A stretch of 63,645 nucleotides of DNA, filler included, from Chrysochromulina tobinii (GCA_001275005.1; 7 parts of 7 records of this genome joined end to end with filler, not necessarily neighbours in it), one strand, 5' to 3'; shown: positions 45,614-58,090, numbered from the whole stretch's first letter. Made by a program: numbers and translations. Notes: a model not told the origin generated them from the sequence alone.

Positions 45614-47236
45614 ATGGCCGCCCGGAACAAGCGCCCGACCGCGGACGCAGCGGCCGCGCCGAGCCCCTCGAGTGGCGCCTCCGCTGCCCACTCGTCTGGA
45701 GAGGAGGCGTTCATGGACGACTGTGCCGAGGAGCTCGCGCAATCAATGCTCACGATGGTTGGCTCCCGCGAACAGCCTTACACGTCGGACGAGCTGCTTG
45801 TGCGTGCGGCCCAGCTGGGCGAGGAGGTGAGGCGTCTGACCGCCGAGAGTTTTGAGCGCGCCATGGCACAGCGTGGCGAGCGCGCGGCGTTCGAGGAGGC
45901 GGAGGCGCAATTAGGAAACAACGATCCCTCACTTGTTGGCCGCCGCCGCACACGATCAGGTACTGTCGCGTCATGTTCCGAGCGGCTGGCAACGGCGGCG
46001 AGGAGCGCGAAATTGTGGCGAGAGCGCGCCCGCCGGCCAATTGCACGGGGACAAGCACCCTGCGCCATGGACGATGGCCAGCTGAAGAAGGCCTTCTTGT
46101 TCTCGGTGCGGAGGGGCGCCTCCCGATCGCGGCTGCGGCGTGAGAAGTCGCATCTCGATCGCATCCTCCGCGGCGGTGCCCTTGAGGAGCTGACTCGCGA
46201 GCGCGCGTTCGTGCGCGAGGTGCGCCGGTTCGCGCTCCTCGAAGGTCCGCTCCCACCCGACCGTCCCGCCGCCACAATGGTCCGAGATCGTGATCTCGAT
46301 TGCGATCTCGACCGACCCGACGCGGCGGCGACCGTGTTTCGTCACACGGGGATCTGCGTCTTCGAGGGTGCGCTGCCCGAGGAGCTGCTGGACGAGTGCC
46401 GCACGAGCTTTGCGCGCACGGCGAGCCAGGTCGACCAGGCGCTCGCGGCGCGCGGCATGGGCTCTCTCTCCGTCACCGACTTCGTCACGCGCGCGTGCGC
46501 GGGCCACCCGATTGCGTTCAATGAGGTCTGCCAGCGCGGGACGGAGCGTCTGGACATCAAGCTGCATGCGCTGCCGCAGCACTGCCCCGGCGTCTCGAAT
46601 GGGTGGGAGCCGCAGCCGATGATGAACGACCCTCGCCTCGAGATTTGCGCGAGATGGATGCCTTTTGTGCGCGCCGTGCTGGGCGAGGGCGCGCACGAAT
46701 GCTTCCGTGGCGTCGTCGACAATCGGCCGGGCTCGACGATGCAGGCGTGGCATGCCGACGGCGTGCACGCCAGCTACGCCGACGGAGCGCGCACGCCCAT
46801 GTCCGCCGAGGCATGGTACGCTCAGCACGGCGCGCAACAGAGTTCCGCCGCCCGAGGTGTGAATATTCATACCGAATGGTGGGACGCAGAGCTCGTGCCC
46901 GAGGATCCGGTGCAACGGCTCACGTGCTTCCTGCCGCTCACCGACCTGCGTGATGCGTCGTGCGGGCCGACGCAGTTCTTCCCGGGAAGCCAAGGCCATC
47001 GGCACGCCAGCCTGTACCGGCGCCTTCATCCGGTGGACGATGAGTCGCAACCCCCCTTTTGCACGCCGCGCCCTGGCCTCGGCAGCCTCATCTGCTTCGA
47101 CTACCGCCTCGTGCACCGCGGCAGCCCGAACGTGCACGCGCTCGGCGGGCCGACGCGCCCCATCCTGTACATCGTCTACGCGCGCGAGGGCTGCAACGAT
47201 GAGCAAAACTTCCCGACCGACCGCCCCCTGTTCTGA
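45614..47236 (+). CDS. Phytanoyl-CoA dioxygenase (PhyH)-like 2OG-Fe(II) oxygenase
   Basis: QAWHADG (HxD), FLPLTDL, GPTQFFPGS, FDYRLVHRGSPN, RPILYIVY. Confidence 0.85.
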   Translation: MAARNKRPTADAAAAPSPSSGASAAHSSGEEAFMDDCAEELAQSMLTMVGSREQPYTSDELLVRAAQLGEEVRRLTAESFERAMAQRGERAAFEEAEAQLGNNDPSLVGRRRTRSGTVASCSERLATAARSAKLWRERARRPIARGQAPCAMDDGQLKKAFLFSVRRGASRSRLRREKSHLDRILRGGALEELTRERAFVREVRRFALLEGPLPPDRPAATMVRDRDLDCDLDRPDAAATVFRHTGICVFEGALPEELLDECRTSFARTASQVDQALAARGMGSLSVTDFVTRACAGHPIAFNEVCQRGTERLDIKLHALPQHCPGVSNGWEPQPMMNDPRLEICARWMPFVRAVLGEGAHECFRGVVDNRPGSTMQAWHADGVHASYADGARTPMSAEAWYAQHGAQQSSAARGVNIHTEWWDAELVPEDPVQRLTCFLPLTDLRDASCGPTQFFPGSQGHRHASLYRRLHPVDDESQPPFCTPRPGLGSLICFDYRLVHRGSPNVHALGGPTRPILYIVYAREGCNDEQNFPTDRPLF

Positions 47237-48042
47237 GAGCGAACCGGGGACGTGTGGAAGTGTGCCAGTCGGCTGGGAGACGAGGCCCGGGAAAGAGTTT
47301 TGGGCTGGTTTGTGATCCTTGAGGAATTTCCACGTTCGATTCTGAAAGTTTTGAGCACTACTGGGAAACCTTTGGGCAAATTAACGTAACGTGAACGTGA
47401 AGCGTGGAGTGAACGTGAAGCTCTGTGAAGCGGGATCCGCGGCCAATTCAAATTCACGAGACGCACCGGGGCGCTGAGTGCTGTGGGAGCCTCGTCTTGG
47501 CCAATATGCTGTTGCGTATGGCGTATGTTGCATCTCTCTTTTTCCTGTGCAAAGCGAAGGCGAGCACGGGGGCCGCGTCTGCCGGATGGCAAATAAACGT
47601 GAACGTGAACGTGAACGTGATGGGTCGGAGGGGACCCGCCGATTCAAATTCACGAAACTCTTGAGAGGGTTGTTTCTGCGTCAGATTTGTCTTCTCGCCG
47701 GGCGAGGACCGAGGTAACAATCAAGGGCGGTTGGGCCGGGGTGAAGGTATCCGCGGCGAGTTAGGAACCAGAGCGCGCAGGGCGCGCTCCCACCACCAGC
47801 CGGGGATATGGTGGGGAGCGCCCACCCCAAGGGGGGGGGACGGGCACGGACCGGAGTGATATGCGCACACAGCGCGGAAACTCCGATCGCGTCGCACGAT
47901 GCGGATACCAGAGCCAGCCTACGCGCGCCCTCGTACGTGGCGTAGCACGTGCAGTTTTTGGTGAAGAGGGCGGATGCTCCGCTTGAGTTCCTGCGACGTT
48001 CCTGCCACGGTATCCACGCGCCTTGTTGGCCCACGCTGCTCC

Positions 48043-48737
48043 ATGAGTCGAGGCTTGCTGAGGAAACAAAGTCTCATTGTGCTGCTCCTCCTTCAGCTGA
48101 TCGGCACGGTGGGGCAATGCACCAACGAGTGCATCGGCACCCCCATTTGGGGCTCGGATGGCTTCTGCGACGACGGCGGACCCGGCGCCGCGTACACTGG
48201 TTGCCAGTACGGCACCGACTGCTCGGATTGCGGACCTCGTAGCCAGAGCTCGCCGCCGCTGCCCGCAGCCGGAACCTCCTCATCTACGGGCACCACGGCA
48301 TCCCGCCAGGCCGTAAGCATCGTCAACGGAATCACACATTATTCAGGGTCTGGCTCGAGCTGGACCGTGACAAGCAGTGCAATGGAGGGCCGAAGATTAC
48401 AGGCCTCCCCTCAATGCGCTTGCTACCCAGCCCAGCCTCTTTTATGCTGGTCCGCAACGGGTAGGCCATGCTGCTCGGACAATTGTTTTTGGCAGTGCAC
48501 TTGGTTTAATCTGTACACCTTGTGCGTTCCAATGCCATCCCCTCCTCCTTCGCCGCCATATCGACCACCTTCGCCACCCAGACCGCCGTCACCACCACCA
48601 TCGCCACCATCACCACCATTGCCACCCGGCTCACCACCGTGGAATCCCGAATGCGCTTGCTACCCAGCCCAGCCTCTTTTATGCTGGTCCGCAACTGGTA
48701 GGCCATGCTGCTCGGACAACTGTGGTTGGAAATGCAC
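48043..48737 (+). CDS. Secreted Cys-rich/Pro-rich protein, 3'-truncated
   Basis: Signal peptide; DGFCDDGGPGA..GCQYGTDCSDCGPR module; GRRLQ; duplicated CACYPAQPLLCWSATGRPCCSDNC module. Confidence 0.75.
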
Positions 48738-49348
48738 NNNNNNNNNNNNNNNNNNNNNNNNNNNNNNNNNNNNNNNNNNNNTTAATTAATTAANNNNNNN
48801 NNNNNNNNNNNNNNNNNNNNNNNNNNNNNNNNNNNNNGGTGGCGACGGTGGTGGTGGTAAAGGCGGTGGTGATAGCGGCGGTGGTGCGGGCGGCGGGCTC
48901 GGAGGAGGCGGTGACGGCGGCGAAGGCGGCGGCGAAGGTGGCGGACTCGGCGGCGGCGGCACCACCGACGCTTGACGCGCAGCCGGCCGAGGTACTGCTT
49001 GGCCTCGGCGTCCATCGACGCGGCCGAGGGGAGCATTGCCTCGAGCTTCATCAGGTGCTCCGCCGCGCCCATCAACACGGATTCATACATAGGATCCAGG
49101 ACATAGTGTCTGATGATACCAGAAATTGGGCGTTTCGAAACGACCAATTTCTGTTATCATCAGATACCTTGGTCCTGGATAGGATGTATGAATCAGACGA
49201 GGGGTCCTCAACGAATCCAGACGAACCCAGGGTTAGGGAACACATAATGAACTCATAGGGGACACATACACATACGCCCCTGGAACACAAGCAACGCGGC
49301 CCTGGGTTTGTTTTGGCGCTGTATTGAACAGAATGGATGGAAATCTGT

Positions 49349-50688
49349 ATGGATGGAAACCCACGAGAAGCGCTCGTCGTCACGCCTCTCTCTCCTCGCA
49401 AGCGTTCGTTCCATGAGCGCAACGATGGACTCGGCACTCTCGTCTGCGAGTCCTGCACCGAAATCTCCGCAGGTGTTGGGATTCAACTTGACCATGAGCC
49501 CACAAAACTCCAACGACCGCTCTCGTTGCATTCCGCAAGGTGCGCAGCCTTATTAGATGAACCAGCGCGCGACCCATCCCCTCGACAAGCTTGTTATCCG
49601 AACTCTATCATCCTAACTCACCACCTTTACGACACGTATCCTGCGAATCGAATGCGAACAGCGCGCCTGATTGTATTGCTGATTTATCCTTCGCCTGGTG
49701 CGCAGCTGCCAAGGAGACCTTGGCGAACAAGAAGGCGAAGGTGACGACGATGGTGATCACAGACACGTCTCTGAGCATGTCTCCAGCGAGCGCCAAGCTA
49801 GCGGAAGCGATTTTCGCGGCCGAGAGTCTCCTCAAGAGCGTTGGGATTCTCTCGGCATACAACTACAAGCAAGAGCGCGAGTTGGTGACCATGATCGCAA
49901 AGCACTTGGCCCCACGTCTCGGGGACCCTCAAGTGGCTTCGTTTACGTTCCCAATCATCTCGATGCGGGGCCTGGTCGAGACCCTCGGGCAGCCTTCTCA
50001 GGAGACCGGGGAGGGCTACATCTGGAAGCTGGAGACGGCTGCAGCGATACGGGCTTCACTGTCGCGGACGTTGTCGAAGTTTTCGAAGGAGCTGAAGGTT
50101 CATGGGCTCTCGAAGCCGTTGCAGAATCCGTCCGAGAACTATGTCCGGATGATCGCGACGCTCCTCCCGACCTTAGAGATCCACGTGGAGTCGGATGGGT
50201 TCTCGATGGATCGCCTGTGGGTCAACATGATGAACATTATCATCGACGAGGCTGGCGAGATACACCCGCCCAAGAACCTCGACCGCCGGGAGTTCGTCAT
50301 GGACAAGGCGCTCGCGGACGAGATGATGGCGACTGCACATGCGGACCTGAGAGCGATGCATGCTGCGGGAGTGAATCTCTCGCCGAACTTCTTGCGGCAA
50401 ATTGGGGAAGAGGAAGCTGCACGGGAGCTGGAGAGGGCAGCGACTGCGACCCAGGTGAAGCAGGTCATGGAGCAGACGCACTTGATCGAGGATATCTTGG
50501 AGGAGAGGAAGTCAAGCGGCAAGGCGAGGTCGTGGTTCAAGGTGCGGTGGCAGGGCTACCACCCATCGTGGGAGGCCTGGCGGATCGAAGGGGAGCCTGG
50601 CACGCCACTGGTGACATGGGAGCCGATGTGCAACGTGATGGGGACGGAGGCGCTGAAGAAGTGGGGCGAGCAGCCGCCGCCGCCGTAA
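49349..50688 (+). CDS. Protein with C-terminal chromodomain; probable intron 49540-49705
   Basis: IEDILEER...WFKVRWQGY...VTWEP. A GT-AG intron joins ORF 49308-49556 in frame to ORF 49591-50688; start uncertain. Confidence 0.7.
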
Positions 50689-50689
50689 G

Positions 50690-51077
50690 AGATGGAGCAC
50701 ACGTGGCGCGCGGACGTCGGCGAGCAGCTGCACGTGCGCTTTTCGTGGGCGCGCACGCGCCTCTTCGACCGGTTTGCCACGCTCGTCTTGCACGAAAATC
50801 CTTGTTGAACCACCTTGGACACAGCCAAGCCCACCTCGGTCACAGCCAAGCCCACCTCGAAGCTGGCCTCGTCGCACGTGCACGTTGCCTGTTTGCCTCC
50901 GATCAGACGAAGGACATCGCCGTACGCCGAGACCGACTATCAGAGCGGCTACCTGTCGTACCCGCGCACCGAGACCGACTCGTTTAAGAGCTTTCGACCA
51001 GCACGCGCTCATACCGCACGCAGCTCGCCGACCAGCGCTGGGCGGTGTACGCGCAGCGGCTGCTCGACGGTGACCTC
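50690..51077 (+). pseudogene. Decayed fragment of DNA topoisomerase III (type IA)
   Basis: VRFSWARTRLFD, KLAS...YQSGYLSYPRTETDSF (catalytic Tyr motif) and DQRWAVYAQRLL occur in the expected order but are broken by a stop and frameshifts. Confidence 0.75.
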
Positions 51078-51349
51078 CACTACGGAGTTTACCATGTGTC
51101 CATGTACATTTACCATGATCCGTATATGTCCTATCCGCGCCGGAGTGCATTGAATTCGCGGATGCGCGCGTACGGCGTACGCGCTCTGCTTCTTCTGTTT
51201 TGAGTCGGACTTGATTCAGAATACATAATCACGCTGAATCAAGCAAGAAAGCGGGCGGGTAAATGTACTGCATGCAACTACCATCCACATGTCTAACTAA
51301 GAATACATGTAACGCAACGTCTTGGGTGAGCAGTCTCCACAACCCCTCT

Positions 51350-53578
51350 CGCTCGTCGCCTCCACCATCGCCTCCGCCGTTGCCGCCTCCGTCCGCCATC
51401 GCCTCTGCCACCATCTCCATCACCGTCTCCACTGCCGTCTCCACCGCCGTCTCCACCGCCTTCACCGCCTCCGCCATCGCCTCCGCTGTTGCCGCCTCCG
51501 CCATCGCCTTCGCCGCCATCCCCACCACCGTCTCAACTGCCTTCACCACGGCCATCTCCACCGCCTTCACCGCCTCCGCCATTGCCTCCGCCGATGCTGC
51601 CTCCGCCATCGCCTCCACCGCCATCCCCACCACCGTCTCCACCGCCATCACCAAAACCATCTCCAACGCCTTCACAGCCTCCGCCATCGCCTCCGCCGTT
51701 GTCGCCTCCGCCATCACCTCTGCCGCCATCTCCACCGCCGTCTCCACCGCCTTCTCCACCGCCTTCACCGCCACCGCCATCGCCTCCGCCGTTGCCGCCT
51801 CCGCCATCGCCTTCGCTGCCATCCCCACCACCGTCTCCACCGCCATCACCACCACCATCTCCACTGTGCCTTCATAGCCTCCACTATCGCATCCGCCGAT
51901 GCTGCCTCCGCCATCGCCTCCACCGCCATCCTCAACGCCGTCTCCACCGCCATCACCACAACCATCACCACCGCCTTCACAGCCTCCGCAATCACATCCG
52001 CCGTTGCCGCTGCCGCCATCGCCTCTGCAGCCATCTCCATCACCGTCTCCACCACCATCACCACCACCATCTCCACCACCATCTCCACCACCATCTCCAC
52101 CACCATCTCCACCGCCTTCGGCGCTTCCGCCATCGCCTCCGCCGTTGCCGCCTCCGCCATCGCCTCCGCCGCCATCCCCACCGCCGTCTCCACCGCCGTC
52201 ACCACCACCATCGCCTCCGCCGTTGCCGCCTCCGCCATCGCCTCCGCCATCGCCTCCGCCGTCGCCACCTCCTCCGTCACCACCCCCGCCATCGCCACCT
52301 CCGCCCTCACCCCCGCCAACGCCGCCCCAGCCGCCTTCGCCGCCACCGTGGCCACCTTCATCGCCGCCTTCACCGCCTCCGCCACCTAGTCCGCCGCCAT
52401 CGCCGCCGCCACCCAGCCCGCCGCCGAGCCCACCGCCGCCATCGCCTCCGCCTTCATCGCCATTGCCTCGAGGTATGATGGCCGTCGTCTTTTCCATCGT
52501 CGTGGCCGGCGGCGTGTCCGACTTCACGCCAACGGTCCGTCTCGAGTTGCGCACCGCCGTTGCGACCCAGGCGAGCGTGGCCTTGAGTGCCGTCACGCTC
52601 GACGTGACGCCCGTGACGAGATTGCGCGAGCTCACGGAGTCGAGATTGCTCGAGCTACGCCGTGAGCTGCAAGGCAGCTCAGTCGAGCTGACCTTTACGA
52701 TCGCCGTTGAGACGGCCGCCGCGGCGGCGGCTGCTATGAACGCGCTCAGCCCTCAATTTGCGGACGTGACAACAGCGAGCACGTTCCTCACGACTACCTC
52801 CTATACGGCTACCGTCCTCACGATTACCAGCTTGCCCGCCGCGGCCTACCCGCCGCCTTCGCCCCCGCCGCCCTCGCCGCCGCAGGAAGAGAGCTCGATA
52901 GCGAGCACCGCCATGCGCGTAGGCATCATCATTGGCTGGGTGTGCTTAGGGGTCGTGGTGCTCCTCCTCACCTGCTACTGTGTCAATTACTTCCCTCCGT
53001 ACTCAGTGAACAAAGTCGCGCCGGACCAGGTGGTGGCGGGCAACGTGAGGTCAACACTCACCCAGACGACAATATCGAACGTCAAGCGGCCAGCCGTGGG
53101 GCTTGGGCAACAGGGGTATGACTTTCTCGTCGGGCCGCGCTTCGCGCGAGTTGCGCCTGAGCCGGCCTCTGTCCCGGTCGCTGTCTCGGCCGCTATCCCG
53201 GGGGATTGGCCGCCAACCAGCTACAGCAGGAAAGGAGCTGTCTCGCCACGTGGCCTTTATGATCATTCGCAGATCAACGTGCCCGCGGGCGTTACGGCCG
53301 GCCAAATCTTTTCCGTACGGCCCGACGGAGATCGACGGATATCGACGGAGATCATCGTGCCCGCAGGCGTTACGGCCGGCCAAATCTTTGTCGTCGGCGG
53401 GAAGCACTACGTGGCCTTGCCTCGAAACCGTGCAGGTCGCCGTGCACGTGTCTCCCCATCCGTCGGGAGGTTGCCGCCGATCATCACGACCCGCTGGGAT
53501 GGCCCGACCCAAGCCGTCGAGCCCGACGGCCATGTTCTGCACCGAAAGAGGCTGCCGCCCATCTCGACGCCCTACTGA
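51350..53578 (+). CDS. Extensin/pherophorin-like (SPPPP)n membrane protein; 5' repeat part frameshifted
   Basis: Long SPPPP tract, a globular segment, then TM VGIIIGWVCLGVVVLLLTCYC. Frameshifts near 51390 and 51865, plus a TAG at ~51875. Confidence 0.65.
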
Positions 53579-54068
53579 CATGATTTACATCATGGATCAT
53601 GATACGACCCCTGTCATTTTGCCCTGACCGCTGACGGCGATGCGCTCCACTTGGTGCCAATGAGTGCCAAAGCCCCCGGGGCGGGGAGGGTCGGGAAAGA
53701 ATGGCCAATGGTCGAGCCAGACAGTGAAATCAAGCTGGTTCAAGTCTCAGGGGGCACTTCCCGCGCTCGATTTTTATGCGAAATAGGCTGGTTTGTGAAC
53801 TACTATAATTGTAGATATTATGGATTTGTCCACTTTCGATTCTGAAAGTTTTGAGCTAGATAAGATAAAGTTTAAGTTCAAGTTCTGTTGACACAGGGGG
53901 GGGGCCCGGGAGTTCGGTTCAAGTTCAAGTTCAAGTTCCATGCATGTCCATGTGCATGGCTGCATGCAAGCAATCACTGTGGAACGTGAACGGCATTTTG
54001 TCTCAATCTGGGGACCCTTGTGCATAGCCGCGCGCGCCGCGCGCCTTGTCGTGTGGAGACCCTTCCAG

Positions 54069-57000
54069 ATGCGTCCTTATGCATCCGTTGTTACGGCGGG
54101 GCACGACCGTAAGGCATCCACGAATTGTATGCCACTCGCCAAGGCCAACCCATTCGAGGCCTTCCTAAAGGGCACTGAGCAAGTGGTCCAACTGACCATC
54201 GGAGGCACGGAGAAGTTGTTGAAGCAGAGCGGTGACGAGATTGGCAAAATATTCAGCGGTGGCACGCACATGAATGACGATGGTTCTCCGCCAGGGACTC
54301 CAAAAGCCACGCGACCAGAGCTACGTGGAGACTACAGGGGGGGCTTCTCCAGGAGTGGAAGCTCATCGCCTTCATCCTACGCGGCATCTTGCTCGCCGCT
54401 GCCGACGGTCGCACGTCCCTGCGGAGGTCAATCACATCCGACGCCAATCTCATCATCCTGCGCTTCGACCCGGCAATCGAGCCCGACGGCCGAGCTCGAG
54501 GCCGCACACGCACCCAGTCTCCCCCCAAGGATGAAGAGCCGGCAGTGGGAAGCAGAGCCCCCTCTTTGGAGACCACGAACCGACGAAATAGCAGTCGATG
54601 GCTCAAGAGAAGGCTCGAGCAGCACTCGAGGGCCCAAGTCCGAGCCGGAGCACACCCCGGCCGCAGCAGACGCGTTGGAGCCGGAGCGGGCGGCGGCCTC
54701 GGCGTCCTCGGCGGTGGAGGGTCCGCGCGTGGAATCTCGCGAATCTCGCGAGATTCCGATCTCGCCCATGATCGACGACGAGGAGGAGGAGGACGGAGAT
54801 CTGAACCCGGACGTCCCCCTTCGCCCGAGATCGGCCGAGATTAAGGCCGAGATTAAGGCCGAGATCGCCTCGCTGCGGCGGCAGCAGGAGCATCACACAG
54901 TGCACGGCGAACGAGCGGTCGAGGGCTCTGAGCAGGGCGGCGAGAAGCAGGACTCTTCGACCTCAGTCACGGCCGAGCACCTTGATGTCAGGAGTGGTGC
55001 CACGCTGGACGCGAAAGATAAGGCGTCTTCGTACTCCGCGCGCCTCGATCGCGCCAAGAGAGCAAACTATGACCGGCGTGCGAGTACGGAGATTGTAGAG
55101 CTCGCTATGGAGCTCGAGCGTCCTCCGGAGACGCGGCAGTCCCTAATTAGGAACTCTCAGTCGGAGGCGCACGAGCGCGAGCGGCAGCTGCAGATGGCAC
55201 AACGGCACTTGGAGGCAGCCCAGGCAGTGCAGCGACGGTATGAGAGCCCCGCATGGGACGAGAGCGCGGCCGATTGGGAGTTCCTAATTAGGGAGAGCCC
55301 CCCGAGCGGTGCATCGGTGCTCCACGCGCGGATCCAAGCGTACGAGCATCTCTCGTCGAGATCGCCACCGAGATCGCCGCCGCGACCCCCGCCACGAGCC
55401 TCGCCGAGGTTAACGCCGAGATCGTTCGCATCCCCACAGCCGAGCATCGAGGCTGACTGGGAGTTCTACGGGCAAGGGACCCCTGTCGCGCTGCTCGCCC
55501 AGCTTCGCGCGAAGTCACGTGGAGCCATCGTCCGGATGGTCAGGCGCAAGCTAGCCCATGGGTGGAGAACTTGGTTCAGGTTCGCCGTTACGCACGCTCC
55601 GTCCCTTCGCCTGATTAGGACAGGAGTGAGCTTCTGGACCCACCGAACGCTGGCGCTCGGGCTTGCCAAATGGAGCAAGGCGCGCGCGCTCATGCGCGCG
55701 CTGAGGACGGCGAGGCCGTTGAGCAGGGCGCTCTCCTACTGTCTCAAGCGCGAGCTGGCGCGCGGCTGGGTGGGCTGGCTCACGCGGTGCGCTGTGCTCA
55801 GGGCAACGCGCGGCACGATGCGCATGGGCCTCCTCCGCCTGAACCATCGGGGGCTCTCGCGTGGCTGGGGCGCGTGGCTCGAGATGACCATGGAGCGCCG
55901 TCACGAGCGCGTCGAGGCATTGCGCCTGCTTCGCAAAGGGGTGGCGCTCGATACGGCGCTTCGAAATAGGCAGATGGAGCTCGATACGGCGCTGTCTCGA
56001 GCGCTGTCTCCGTCGAGGGTGGCGCTGGATGCGTTGGCCTTTGATGAGGTCGAGGCGCCGGCCACTCCGAAGCTGATGCTGTCACTCGCCCCGATCATCG
56101 AGAGTCATTCGCTCGAATCGCTCGAATCGCTCGTTGACAAAGACGAGGTGCGGGCACGGAGGCTGTGGGAAGCGGGAGGAGCCCTTGACGAGGCCAAGTG
56201 GGACGTCCGAAGAGGTCAAGGAGTCCCCCTCCTGAGCCCTGAGCTGCGGGACGCCGAGTGGGACGACGAGTGCATCGCGTTGAGTGACACGTTGTGGGAA
56301 GTCGAGAGCAGCAGCATGACGAGCAGCTCGAAGCCGCGCGGTATGTTGAAGGCGGAGAGCTCCATGGGCATGAACGAGCCGTCGACCTCATACGAGATGA
56401 GCCCGAGATCGCCTCCCGTCTCGATGACCTCCTTGCCTGCCTTTTGGGGAAGCCCCTCGATAGGCTCCTCTGTCTCGTACTCCCAGCCCACGGAGGGTCG
56501 CCCTGGCGCTTGCTCATCGAGCACCACGCCGTTCTTGATCGCCCCCGCGGCTCACACTGCACTCGCTGTGGTAACCTCGGTCGCTGTGGAGACGGAGGCG
56601 GCAGAGGTGCTCAAGGCACCGCCGGTGGTGGCGGTGGTCACAGCGGAGGCGCTGGAGGAGGCGGCGGGGCTGGAGGTGGGGGCGGTGCTAGAGGCGGGGG
56701 CGGGGCTGGAGGCGGAGGTGGAGGCGGCAGTGGCGGTGGAGGCAGCAGAGGAGCGCCAGTGGAGCGCCTCGCGTTCGTCGACACGTTCGCCGATAAGGAC
56801 ACGATCGGCGCCGCTTCCAACCAGAGGGCCGCCGTCGCCCTCACCTCTACCACAGCCAGTCCTGACTCGAGCGGCGCGCCGCAATCTATTGATCGCAGTG
56901 CTGGGGCTCGTGATGGTTGGTGGCGGTGCCGTGATGATGCAGACCCTCAACTTCGTCAACTTGGCACGCATGGCTCAGTCTCTCGTGGCCGATGGCTGGG

Positions 57001-57869
57001 CGCAGATCATGCCGCCTCTCATGAGCATCAGTCTCTTAGGCTTCGATCTGCATGCAAGTGCTCACCACGGCGCCGCCTCTCCTGGGCTCTTAGGCTTCGA
57101 TCAGATGGAGATGGAGGCGATCGCATTTGGCGCGATCTCGACGCGTCCTCGAGCGATCTCGACTGGTCCGAGATCTTCGAACGAGCTCGCGGCCACTTCA
57201 GCGATACTCCCGAATTGGCATCTGTGCGCCTCGCGCGCATGCGGGCGTCCGGTCGTGCGACGATCGCCGCCGTCGCCGCAGCCGCATTCGCTCCCATCGG
57301 TGCCCCTGCCCCCGCCGCCCCCGCCGCCCCCGCCGCCCGCTCCCCTCCTCCAGCTCGTGTGCGCATCCCTACTCCTCGTAACCGTCTTTGCAGCGGCATG
57401 GGCCCGCAAGATGAAACCCAAGACGAAACGCAGCCTGCCCGGCGGCGCCCCGCCCACGACGGCGCCTTCCCCATGGCCTCACCCACCCGATGCCAAGAAT
57501 GGCTGGGCAGCATCCGGATCTGGGGTGCCACCGGTCGTACCGGTCGTACCGGTCGTACCGGTACGATCTGGGGTACGATCTGGGGTGCCACCGGTCGTAC
57601 CGGTTGGTGGGCCCGCTACCGAGGTGCCGTCGTGGGCGACCCGAGAGCGCATTGACAGCGCATGCGACAGCAACGGGTGCGACGGCAATGGGAGCGACTG
57701 CAACGAATGCGACGGCATGAGCATCGCAGATATCGAAGCGGAGGTGCTTGTGGCCGAGGCGGCCGCAGCAGAGGCGGTGGCAAGGGCTGAGCTGCCGCTG
57801 GCTGCCGAGGAGATATGTCCGAAGGTACCCGCGCCCGCGCCCGCGCTTGTCGCGCACACGCTCGCTCCC
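54069..57869 (+). CDS. Large low-complexity hypothetical membrane protein, 3'-truncated; likely contains small introns
   Basis: Open for more than 1250 codons; W-spaced helical repeats (LARGWVGW, LSRGWGAW), two hydrophobic segments; candidate intron 57040-57093. Confidence 0.6.
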
Positions 57870-58090
57870 NNNNNNNNNNNNNNNNNNNNNNNNNNNNNNN
57901 NNNNNNNNNNNNNTTAATTAATTAANNNNNNNNNNNNNNNNNNNNNNNNNNNNNNNNNNNNNNNNNNNNTCTGACGACACTCCAACGGGACTCATGTCTT
58001 TCGTGGGTAGGGCTCCACGCTTCGAGCTGCGGCCACGCCGTTCGCAGAGCGACTTGTGGGGCATTAGGCGGCATACTTTGTGTCGAGTCT

